DNA from: Phoronis australis
Lineage: Eukaryota > Animalia > Phoronida
Assembly: GCA_002633005.1 (NCBI GenBank)
Contig: NMRA01001102.1
Span: forward strand, 21,160-54,740
DNA length: 33,581 nucleotides
Direction: 5' to 3'
In this document: piece by piece, positions 1 through 10,047 of the stretch
Layout: each line of letters begins with the position of its first letter
Numbering within the stretch: position 1 is the stretch's first letter
The notes under the pieces: generated by a model
What the model saw: only the letters and a program-made list of their open reading frames with translations
Databases searched by the model: none
What the model was told of the DNA's origin: nothing
Position numbers and translations under genes: made by a program

Positions 1-90
1 CCCCCCCCCCCGCTCGGCGCCACGCGCCTCGGATTCGACCTTTGCGGGAATCCTAAACCCCCCCTTACTGAAAACGTAGATCCGCCACTG
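1..90. mobile_element. Probable right end of a non-autonomous DNA transposon/MITE
   Basis: C-tracts followed by AGATCCGCCACTG (78-90), the reverse complement of a CAGTGGCGGATCT-type terminus common in animal MITEs. The partner end lies outside the window. Confidence 0.4.
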
Positions 91-276
91 ATACCCCACC
101 GTTTACCTTGACGAGCGGGGTTAGGACCAATCTTATTTAGTGGGAATGTTCATTGCATGATTTTGTAACAAGATCGAGTGTTGTCTCACCCTCTGTTTCT
201 GTATTAGCATGACACCTGTTGGTTATCGTCGATACTAGTGCGTTCATATAATTTGGTCATACCTTATTAGGTCAGG

Positions 277-295
277 GCGCGCGCGCGCGCGCATG
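277..295. repeat. (GC)8 alternating purine-pyrimidine tract
   Basis: gcgcgcgcgcgcgcgc at 277-292 followed by atg, read directly. Confidence 0.9.
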
Positions 296-813
296 AAATC
301 TAAGAACGTTAACTTGGTGACTTGTCATTGGCCCGATTTGTCATGTGACACCCTGTATCAATAGTGGGTCCACCTCGTGGTTTCGGGAGTTCGGTCACTA
401 ATTTCCTAGCGTCGTACAGACGCGACATTTCGGCTCTACCAAATTCAGCCGAAGCGGAACTCACAGTTATAAGCCCACTAAAGTTGTCTAACAAACGCAC
501 GCGCTCACCGCACTTACTCCAGCAAGGACCGACAATGTCCGACATCGCAACTCAAGATTGATTGTGAGTAAACATACTAGCCACTGTTACTGTTTTGATT
601 AGCTAATAAATACTGCATACTGTATACTTCAACTTGGCGATTGTTTCCTTTGACTTAAAAGATCGTTCACCTAAAATAGTTCACAAGTCCTGCCCGGGCT
701 CGATAACAATTTCATTTGGTTCAGTTTTGACAAGAAGACAGGTTATTTGGTTAAATTTTGACTAAAGACGCAGGAACTATAGGGAACAAACCGTAGTTAG
801 CTTCGCCGGACAT

Positions 814-916
814 ACAGGTTACTTGTGGAACGAACGAACACTGGTTGGTCGTGGAACGAATGAACAGGTTGATCGTCGAACGAACAAACAGGTTGGTCGT
901 CGAATGAACATGTTGG
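814..916. repeat. Degenerate ~24-bp minisatellite, ~4 copies
   Basis: Units resemble ACAGGTTGGTCGTSGAACGAAYGA and start near 814, 838, 864 and 888. Confidence 0.8.
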
Positions 917-1074
917 TATTGCCGAACAGACATACGGTAATAGGCTAACAGACAGAACAGAGGGGAGTCGTACCAATTATTAATTACCTTCAAGAGTTTA
1001 TTTAGAGAAACAAGAAAAATTTAAGGATTGCAATATTCTTGGTCGTAGTGGATGTTTGCGTCGGTAGCACGTTG

Positions 1075-1127
1075 TATGCGTGTGCGTGTGCCTGCGCATG
1101 TGTGCGCGTCCGTGCGTGTGTGTGTGT
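1075..1127. repeat. Imperfect (TG/CG)n microsatellite
   Basis: tatgcgtgtgcgtgtg...gtgtgtgtgtgt, read directly. Confidence 0.8.
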
Positions 1128-1499
1128 TTTCATGTACAAGTTTTTATGAGGACCCAATAAAAATGCAAATTCAAAGATCCATAGAAACGTGTTTTGATAG
1201 TTCCTAAGTTATCTTGCCAAGCTCAATAATAATGAATGTTGTTGAAAATGATTAGTGACCTTCACGTACGTATGCAAGATGCAATATAGCAACACTTGTT
1301 GTGATTCTGTCAGTAAAATTTAGGATATTTAGTCAGCATTCTGGTTGAAACTTTGTTGTCCAATTTAGTTTAAGGGTATTTCAGTATTCATCTTTCAAAT
1401 TCATAATACACTCAACCTCACTTAACTAAAAGGAGAGGCCTTATCTGAGTGTTGACTTATGTACAAGCTTAAGGAAAGGTGGTGACTTAGGCAGACTGG

Positions 1500-2080
1500 C
1501 GAGTTTCATGGTAGTACATGTGATGACAAGTCGAGGGAGGGGCCCTGTATTTTGAAAGGTAAACTTTGGGAATGTCATACTTGAACCACTTCACTGGCAT
1601 TTAGGTCAAAGAACACATTTAGATATCTCGTTTTACCATGCTACTTTGTACCACTTAACTGGATGACCAGTGTTAATACCAGATTGCAGTCACACTAAAT
1701 ATCAATTTTGACTTTAATTTGTTCCAAAATTGTTTTTGCAGAATGACGAGTTGTTTGTAGAGTAGGTGATGTTGAGTTAAGGGAGGTACCGAGGTCACCT
1801 GAGTGTATTTTGAATGATAACATTGGTAGTGTCATGCTTGAGCCAATTCAGGGGCATTTAAGTCTTATTATCACATTTAGATATCTGGTGTTTTCCACAC
1901 TACTTTGTATAAATTAACTGGGCGATTAGTGTTAAACGGTAAAACCAGATTCTAGCCGCATTAAATATCACTTTTTACTTAGAAAGTGGTCCAACACTGT
2001 AAATACAAACTGAGGAGTTACCTGTACAGTATGGGATGAGGAGGTCCGTGTAAGCGAGATCACCTGTATTTTGAACAGTA
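1500..2080. repeat. Old degenerate tandem repeat, period ~260 bp (~2.2 copies)
   Basis: TGTATTTTGAA recurs at ~1546, ~1804 and ~2065. CACATTTAGATATCT, CTACTTTGTA, ACCAGATT and TAAATATCA recur at the same spacing. Confidence 0.75.
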
Positions 2081-4290
2081 CCCATTTCAACCCACTGTCC
2101 CATTATTGGGACGCCCTTTAAAACTCTGCCTAAAACTAAATATAGACATAGTTTTGCAGCTGATTCATAATGACTTCCATCCATGCAAGTAACTAAAACA
2201 ACAAATGTCACTAATTACAATTGTCTCCCCTTTATTGCATCACAAAGGCGTTATTGTGACGCCACGCCATCCATGCGGAACAAAAATGACTCAAAGACAA
2301 AGGTAAGTTCATTTTATGTTATTATTACTTGCTATGAAATTTTGCAAATATGAATTAACACCATTGTAGATTGTGAATAACATATTACTCAGTGGTTTGT
2401 TTTATGTTGTGCTAATTACATATAACTTATTTTAAATCCGTCCCATTAAAGGGACAACGGGGTCAAATGGGTGCTCTAGACCTTCGATAAACATTGACAT
2501 TTTTTCATATTTTTGCAGACTCTTCTCGGTAAATGATGCAATTTCAATGTTGAAAGATGACCAGCACTTCCAAAGGGCTGATATTTTCATTGATCCTCCT
2601 GATGAAGGCAACGTCACTGATGAGGACACGGTGAGTGGTGATGAAGATGGTAGTGGGAATGTCGACAACTTGCCACCTCGCCTACTGACTTCAGCTACGT
2701 CCGTGACATTGGTACAAAATGAACGAAGACATGTGAATGTTGTTGAGGAAGTTGAAGAAGAAGTAGAAGAAGATGCCAGTGGTGATGATTTACCTGTTGT
2801 GCCTGCTCCAAAAAAAAGTAAGCAGTAAGCCGAAACCAACACAGAAAGTTGTCAGATCCTGGTCCGAAGAAGATATCCCAAAGTCAGATAAATTTGCGTG
2901 GCAGCCAGTTCATTTTGATGGTGACAGTCTGCCGCAAACACCAACCGGATTATTTGAACTTTTTTTGATCGAGATGTAATTGTGTTATTAGTTGTGCAAA
3001 CTATCAAATATGCTGCATCCAAGGGTAATCATACATGTCAAGTGACCGCTGATGAGATGTGTGGCTTCCTTGGAATCCTTTGGTATCTGGTTATTCCCCG
3101 TTCCTCGCCGGCGTATGTACTGGTCACTGGATGAGGATGTGAGAAATGAGGCCATGGCCAGCACCATGTCAAGAAATCGCTTCGACGAAATAATGAAGTA
3201 CCTCCATCTACCAGACAACGTCTCTCTCGATGCAACAGACAAGATGGCAAAGGTGAGGCCCCTGTTATCAGCCATCAAGGAAAGGTGTTTAGGCAATTTC
3301 ATCAAGCAACAAAACCTGTATATTGACGAGAGTGTGATACCGTATTACGGCCAGCATGGTGCCAAACAGTTCATTAGAGGGAAGCCAATACGATTCGGTT
3401 TCAAGATGTGGGCCCTAACAACACCATTGGGATACGTTGTCCAGTTTGAACCGTATCAAGGGAGAAACAGAAGGCAAGCAACTGAATCTGCTGTAATTTG
3501 GAATGGGAGGCGGTGTGGTCTTGGACCTCTTAGCCAAACTCCAAAAAGACAACGGCTACCATCTAACCTTTGATAACCTATTTACGTCCTTCCCTCTCAT
3601 TGACGAGCTGACAAAGAAGGGCATCCCATGCACTGGCACCATATGTGCAAATCGTGTCGGCGATTGTCCTCTCTTGCCAATAAAAGAGATGCAATCGAAG
3701 CCGCGTGGGTACTACGATTTTGCCCTGGACAAGTCAAACCTGCTAATGGTAGTTCGCTGGAACGACAACAACATTGTAAATATTGCATCAAATATCCATG
3801 GAGTGGAGTCCGTCCACCAAGCCCAACGATGGTCCAGGGCCGAGAAAAGGATAGTTAAAATCTCACAGCCATTTGTGATTAAACATTACAACAACACCAT
3901 GGGAGGGGTTGATAGAATGGACCAGAATGTGGAGTTAGTGTACGGTCGAAGAAGTGGTGGTGGTGCATTTTTGCATATTGTCTAGATGTCTGTGTTCAGC
4001 AAGCGTGGCACTTATACCGCGCCACACCAGCTGCAAAACAACAACCCAAGGATCTGTTCGACGTCAGGCAAGACATCGCCCGTGTGTACCCAAAACTGGC
4101 CCCAGTGGAACTATACATGTGACAGTCCATGGACCAGAAAGAGTATTACCAATTGAAACACGTTGTGTGCGACCATTAAAATAATTTGAAAATCAGTTCA
4201 GAGTACCATTACATCTTCGGTATTTTTCAACACCCTTGTAGAAAAACGGTTAAACGTGTACACTGGTGCCTTACATTTGGGTGAAAAGGG
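2081..4290 (+). mobile_element. piggyBac-family DNA transposon (PGBD3-like), decayed
   Basis: Left end CCCATTTCAACCC followed by palindrome GTCCCATTATTGGGAC (2097-2112). An inverted copy of this block lies at 2439-2472, and a transposase pseudogene follows. The candidate right end GGGTGAAAAGGG (4279-4290) is uncertain and there is no clean TTAA TSD. Confidence 0.75.
2286..4184 (+). pseudogene. piggyBac (PGBD2/3-like, DDE_Tnp_1_7-type) transposase pseudogene with a 5' intron
   Basis: Micro-exon ATGACTCAAAGACAAAG|gtaagt (2286-2302) joins in frame to ttttgcag|A-CTC (2519). Motifs IFIDPP, MSRNRF, YIDES, KQFIRGKPIRFGFKMW, FDNLFTS, MGGVDRMDQ and SKKWWW are split by about 5 frameshifts. No C-terminal Cys-rich domain is seen. 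Confidence 0.92.
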
Positions 4291-6324
4291 TACAAAAACC
4301 AAGACATAAAGCACAATTGTGCCAAAACAATTGTGTCGTGTTTAGGACTCTGTTATGGCAGTAGACGAGTTCAGGATACAAGATTTATATTGACACAGGC
4401 GTTTCTTCTGTTTCTCTGAAGGTCTGAATAGTCAATAAAATGTCATGCATCGTATATTAACAATTGAGTATAAATACCGGCTTTGCAAGTAAACACGGGA
4501 ATATTTATTCTTTGTCTCAGTGGCTATTCATCGTTTTATAACAGTGTTTTTATAACATTAAAATCATTTACAATGTAGGCAAAGGCCGTTTGACAACATA
4601 CACTTATAAGAAAGGTGGGAGAAGTAATATGCGGTCCCTCGATGTAGTGTTCGGAGGCTTGGCTTTGGAGGTGCTTGAAAAGGGCCACTAGAAAACCGTT
4701 TGGAAGTTGTTGTAGTTGGACAATGGTTCTCTACGTCAACCGGTGTCACCGTCCGCTCTTGATATCTCAAAAAAATTATCTAACGTCTGTTGTGTGGTAC
4801 CGAGCAATTATAGCATTATTGATGTCTTCACGGCAATAAAATACTGGCTGAAATACATTGAAGTGTCAAGGACAGAAACTACTAACTCTTTAACATCTGG
4901 CTTATGAAATTGAATAATTCGTGAAAAGTTAGTGTAGAAGAAATGAATATACGATAAAAATTAGTCAAAACGCTGCAATGGGTTTTTATTTCTTGACACC
5001 ATCTTTGAATCGATGCGTGTTTACATTAATGTATTCATTAAGCGTGGTAGATAAATGGCATTTGCATCGTGACATCAGTCAAAAGAACGAGCCTGAAAGC
5101 AAACCTCTGAAAACCAGTGTCGTCTGAAATACTGTCTCCCCCCAATGACGAGCACAAGAGGTTAAATAGATTAACACAAACAGCGAGAAGACCGGCCTCG
5201 TCACAGTTGATAATAAAACATATATCTGGGCGTATTTATTGATATTGTTTGATTGGTATTGATAGAAGCAAATTTTTTTTTGTATCATGTATGAACAAGC
5301 GCACCTAGTACAGCTAATGCCTGATCTGATGGTCGCTACCTTATTTCTTCTGAAAGTTTTGAATTGAAGCTCGTGAGGCTTATATGTTCTGTCCTGATAG
5401 ATACCTATACGATAAATTGTATTCGCTTGTGTGGGTTTCATATTCTGGTAACGAATTATTTTTGAGAATGAGTCACGAAAACTTGAATATCGTGGATGTC
5501 AAAATGTTAAAAGATATGTTAATTGTTTTGTTATTGCAGTATCCTGGTTGCGGTTAGTTTACTTCTTCAACACTTGGTGTCTCTGCTGTAGTCTAGCTAA
5601 GGATGTTGGATAATAAAACATGGTTGCTGTCAGACGTTGCAAGTTTTCTCTCTGGTTTTATTAATCAAGTTACTGCAGTTATACATTTAGTCTATGGTGA
5701 CTACTGTGGTAGCTGGTAGTATCTATTCTAATGTATGTGTTAAGTAAAAGATGTGTCATGTGTTTAGTGTTGGTACGATTCATTTATGAGGACAGAAACT
5801 TAGGCTATTTAAAATATTACAAATTCATTTACCATTTTCATGATGTTTTTGATGATATGTTATTTTGAATCTATCAGTGCATTAAAAACAGCATACACGT
5901 ACCAGTTTATGCATATTGAGCACATTACAAGCAAGAACAGTTTATATTTTTACTGTGTGCTGCGAACACATAATGGTCCCTAGTAGTGAGGAATGGGTAA
6001 CAAGTTCCGCTGAATCTTTACATGCCACTCTTTTTCTGCTGGTACTTGGAGTCCCTTCGATTTGGTTATTCGTGTGGGTACAATTTTAGACGAAATTCTA
6101 GTCAAATAGAAATTTCAACGAATTTACGGGAGTAGAAATGCAGAGATTAGAAATCTGATCTTCCCTCTACAAGAGTCGCGTTACCCAGTCTATACATGAG
6201 TTTCCTTTGTGCTTGGTAAGAGTTTGGAAGGCCTATTTGAAGCAGACTAAAATTATTTCTATGAACTATTTGCATCACATTAATGATAAATAACAAAAAT
6301 ATTTGTTAATTTTCAGCTTATGCG

Positions 6325-8616
6325 ATGATGCAAGAAAAGAAGAAGGAAATTCTAGACAGACTGAAGTGTTTTCCAAGTTCTTTTCAATTAGATCAGAGTG
6401 GAATGAATGTACCAAAACTGAAGAAAGTGAAAAAAACAACATTTAAGGAAGACCATGAAAACACAACACTTTTCCAGAGGATTGCAGATAAGAACTTGTT
6501 GGCATATTTGGAATATCGAATTCCTGGCTCTGAAAATAGATCAAAAGCGTTGAAGTACAACAAGGAAGTAAGAATTTCAGAGCCAAATAACATCATTGCT
6601 TTGGCTAATCATGCTCGAATGCTCATAGACGATGACGATTTGCCAGGGGCGGAGGAAACACTAAATATTCTGAGCGCTTTACCTGAAAATGAAAAATTGT
6701 TGGCAACTGCCAAGGCAGAATTAGCTTACTCGTTTTCAAAGTTTGGTACCAGAGAAGACTTAAAAGAAGCCATCGAGCTTTATAAGGATTTAGATTTTTG
6801 CCCCTTGGAAAGATGGGAATGGGTATATCGGTATGGTGTTGTAATCCAACGATGTCTAAATCCTGAGGTATTTGTTGGTGATCGGGATTTCGTTGCGAGC
6901 GTATTATTTATGGATGGGCTGAAAAAATTTGTGGAAGTTATTAAATCCCCCGAAGCTCACAACACAACGATGGCATTAGCGTACACAAAGATTACTTCCA
7001 TGTGCTTCAGCTACGATAGGTTACCTGAAGAATACAAGGACGCCAAATACAAAAAAGAGGTTGAAAAGTGTCGAGCGTATACTTGTAAAGCTCTGGGCAT
7101 TAGAGAACTGGGTTCTGACGAATGCATGCAAAAAGCCCTACGGTGCGACTCAAAAAACTTTGAGGTTCTTCAAGAATATGGTCGATTTTGCCGAAGAAAC
7201 AAAGATTTTGATAAGGCAAGAAAGCTCTTGGAAGAATCCTATCAGATTCAACCAACAGTCATTAATTGTTTACAGTTAGGTTTGTTAGAAGTTGACGAGT
7301 ATAACCACGAAAAAAATTATATAGCTCGAAACCCTAGTGGTGGTCAAAGTGGGTCTTATTTTATGACGAGTGTATTCAAGACAGCCTCCAAGAATATGAT
7401 TTTAGAAGACGACGAAAACAACGTTCATTTGAACAAAGCACTAGGCTACTTTGATGAGGCAAACAAGTTATGTGAAGGCACATCTTCGGCTGTCCTTCAT
7501 AACCAAGGGCTTGTATACCGCAGATTAAAACGTGTTGATAAAGCCATTACATGCTTTCAAGAAGCTCTTAGAAGCGCTGGGTCTCAGAAAATGAGCGTAG
7601 TATCAGGTTACGAACAGCAAGGTTACTGCTTTGAATGGCTTGCTAAGCAAGATAAAGGGAAGTGTGACCTTTTAAATCGGAAAGCCATCACCATGCTGTT
7701 TTTTGCTCTAGAGGCTGCTACACATTTGAATCTGCCGTTTTTGTATCGCAGTCAATCTACTTCTACGTTGCAAAGTCTTCTTAAGGATATATTGAACAGA
7801 AACCGTGGAAGAATTGACGCTCACGAGAATTTGGTAAATTATCATGAACTTCTTGGTGAGCACCCACAGGCATTGGAGTATATGAAACGGGTTTTAGAGC
7901 TCAACCCGTTTGATTCCAGTGCGCACTTGAAAATGGCGGAGTTACTAATAAGTGGCGGGCAATGTCAAGAAGCTCTTAATCTGTTGACGATGATGATGGC
8001 ACCGAACTCTCGTCACAGAAGGCATGTTCTTAAGAACAAAAAACTTTTAGTTGACGTAAGAAAGCAATTGGCAAAGGAAAATTTAAAGGCAGGAGAAATC
8101 TATATAGCAAGCGAACATTTTCGAAGGGCCTATCAGGTTGTCTTTGAAACTGAGGACACAGAAGTGGATGACCGAAATCGAATTTTTATCACAGGTCAAG
8201 AATCCGAAAATTGTTTTATTTACTTTTCTGAAATTATTGAAGAATACTTTGGATTGTCCTGTTTATGTTCTAATGATATTCACCCAGGTACCTATGAGAC
8301 CGACTTTTTGCCATTTGCACTAGAAAGTATCAAGAGCTTTTTGTTCGTTTTCCTTAATGCAGAAGAATTACGAGGGGAGCCCAAGCACTTAGTCGAGTGC
8401 ACTCTGAAGTACATACAGAAGCCGAGTGACGGTTTGTACAGTGTAAGCGTGTCTCAATGTGCCGATCTGGTACAATCACTGAAATTTGCCCACTTTAACC
8501 CCGTACCTCCCTACAGTTCTTGGAAGGGCGTCTCAAACGATTCTGAAGAGTTTGTTGAACTTGTGATGCAGCTATTTGAAGGATTAACCACTCTAGTGTG
8601 CCAGAAAGCGCCATGA
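6325..8616 (+). CDS. IFIT/TTC22-like tetratricopeptide-repeat protein with C-terminal TIR-like domain (763 aa, one large exon)
   Basis: Uninterrupted ORF preceded by acceptor ttaattttcag (6316). TPR motifs include NLLAYLEY, PNNIIALANHA, AELAYSF, VLQEYGRF..DFDKARKLLEESYQIQP, VLHNQGLVYRRLKRVDKAITCFQEAL and ALEYMKRVLELNPFDSSAHLKMAELL. Residues ~618-755 have a TIR-like pattern: RIFIT..EEYFGLSCLCSNDIHPG..ALESIKSFLFVF. Confidence 0.85.
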   Translation: MMQEKKKEILDRLKCFPSSFQLDQSGMNVPKLKKVKKTTFKEDHENTTLFQRIADKNLLAYLEYRIPGSENRSKALKYNKEVRISEPNNIIALANHARMLIDDDDLPGAEETLNILSALPENEKLLATAKAELAYSFSKFGTREDLKEAIELYKDLDFCPLERWEWVYRYGVVIQRCLNPEVFVGDRDFVASVLFMDGLKKFVEVIKSPEAHNTTMALAYTKITSMCFSYDRLPEEYKDAKYKKEVEKCRAYTCKALGIRELGSDECMQKALRCDSKNFEVLQEYGRFCRRNKDFDKARKLLEESYQIQPTVINCLQLGLLEVDEYNHEKNYIARNPSGGQSGSYFMTSVFKTASKNMILEDDENNVHLNKALGYFDEANKLCEGTSSAVLHNQGLVYRRLKRVDKAITCFQEALRSAGSQKMSVVSGYEQQGYCFEWLAKQDKGKCDLLNRKAITMLFFALEAATHLNLPFLYRSQSTSTLQSLLKDILNRNRGRIDAHENLVNYHELLGEHPQALEYMKRVLELNPFDSSAHLKMAELLISGGQCQEALNLLTMMMAPNSRHRRHVLKNKKLLVDVRKQLAKENLKAGEIYIASEHFRRAYQVVFETEDTEVDDRNRIFITGQESENCFIYFSEIIEEYFGLSCLCSNDIHPGTYETDFLPFALESIKSFLFVFLNAEELRGEPKHLVECTLKYIQKPSDGLYSVSVSQCADLVQSLKFAHFNPVPPYSSWKGVSNDSEEFVELVMQLFEGLTTLVCQKAP

Positions 8617-8733
8617 GGCATTTTATCTGGGTTAAAATGTACAAAGAAATATATATACAATTATTCTACTCAAATACATAAATTAAAAAAAAAACTGTTG
8701 TTAAGATTACAATGACATATGATTACGAAAGTA

Positions 8734-8739
8734 AATAAA
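8734..8739 (+). terminator. Candidate polyadenylation signal for the TPR-TIR gene
   Basis: AATAAA 118 nt after the stop codon. Weak evidence in AT-rich DNA. Confidence 0.35.
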
Positions 8740-8765
8740 TCATTTTCATACACATGTATACAATT

Positions 8766-10047
8766 CTATCCACTCACACAAAGAGATTTAATATTGTAAA
8801 GAAATTTTGATACTATTTCGAATAAAACTGTATTTTCATTTGGGTTGAGTTCTTGACATCCATATAGAAAAAAATTGATTTTGTTGTACACTTGCGGAAT
8901 TTCAGAATATTTTTTATAAATATTGGGGTATTGTTCGAGTGTCTGGAAAAGCTGTACTCTCTGCTCCTTGCATACCTCACAAGCAAAGAAAACATGAGCA
9001 TTTGTCTGCGTCTCCACATCAACACAGAGGCGAAATATTATTAAAATTATGTCTAAATTTCTCGTTGTTTAGGAATAGACCGCATCTTGATCTGTATAGG
9101 ATTATTTCGTGGTTGCGAGGAAGTTGGAACAATGTCAATGGGACTGGCAACTCTTGAGTAATAGTATGTATTTTTAAGTTATTTTTAGAGTGACGATTGA
9201 AGTGCTTTTTATTTTGAATGGTAAGGAATTCCAGTTGTGAATACAAGTTAACATGGTAGATTTCCTGAAGGCTTGGCTGAGGGAAGATGGAATAGTGTGT
9301 ATGTTACTTTGCCGCAGTCCTGGTCTCGTGTTAGGTCTTTTGTAGGAGTCAAAGAGGATTTTGTTTGAGTAATTGTTTATGTTGGTTAAGACTTTGAATG
9401 TATACATGGACAAGTAGAGTTTACGACGGGTTGCTAGTTTTCTCCAGTTGAAACTGTTTAGAACCTTGATTGTGTTGGATCCTTTGTATGCTCCTGTTAT
9501 GGCTAAAGCCGCTTGGTATTGTAGTCTTTCTAATTGAAGAAGTATGCCAGCGTTTGCCGATTGGTAGATTATGTCACAGTAATTTAGATGTAGAAGAACA
9601 AAAGACTTGAACAGAGTTTCAAGATGCATGGAGTTGAGATGACGAGAGACAATTCTAATTGGATTGATTAATTTTGTACTTTGTGAACGAGTTCGCGACA
9701 GTGAGGCGTAAATGTAAGCTTGTGGTCTAGTAGCAATCCCAGGTGTTTGTGTGTGTGTTTATTGGGAATAACTTCCCCATTGAGTGATAATTCCAGCATT
9801 AGATTTGTTTTGAATTCAGTATTATTATACTTAGAATATATAAGATCAACACTTTTTTCAGGTTTAAATTTCATCTTCCATTTGCAAGACCAGTCACAGA
9901 GTTTGTATGGGTTAGTTTGCAATTGTAAGGAGTCATGGGGATGCCCTTTTGAGAATAGGTAGAAAATTGCAGTGTCATCAGCATATAAGAATGTTTTGGA
10001 ATTTATTGTGTCTGGAAGGTCATTGGTGTACAATAAAAAGAAACGGT
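8766..10047 (-). mobile_element. 5'-truncated CR1/L2-group non-LTR retrotransposon (ORF2 C-terminal part, frameshifted)
   Basis: LLYTNDLP..LYADDT, DWSCKWKMKFKPEKS, HKHLGLLLDHKLTF, LNYCDIIY, LERLQYQAALAITGA, WNSLP and a C-terminal SPLC.CG..H.FF.C remnant, spread over several frames. Confidence 0.9.

Noticed and set aside
814-916. CRISPR-like short repeats
   Set aside because: The units are adjacent with no unique spacers, there are no cas genes, and the context is eukaryotic.
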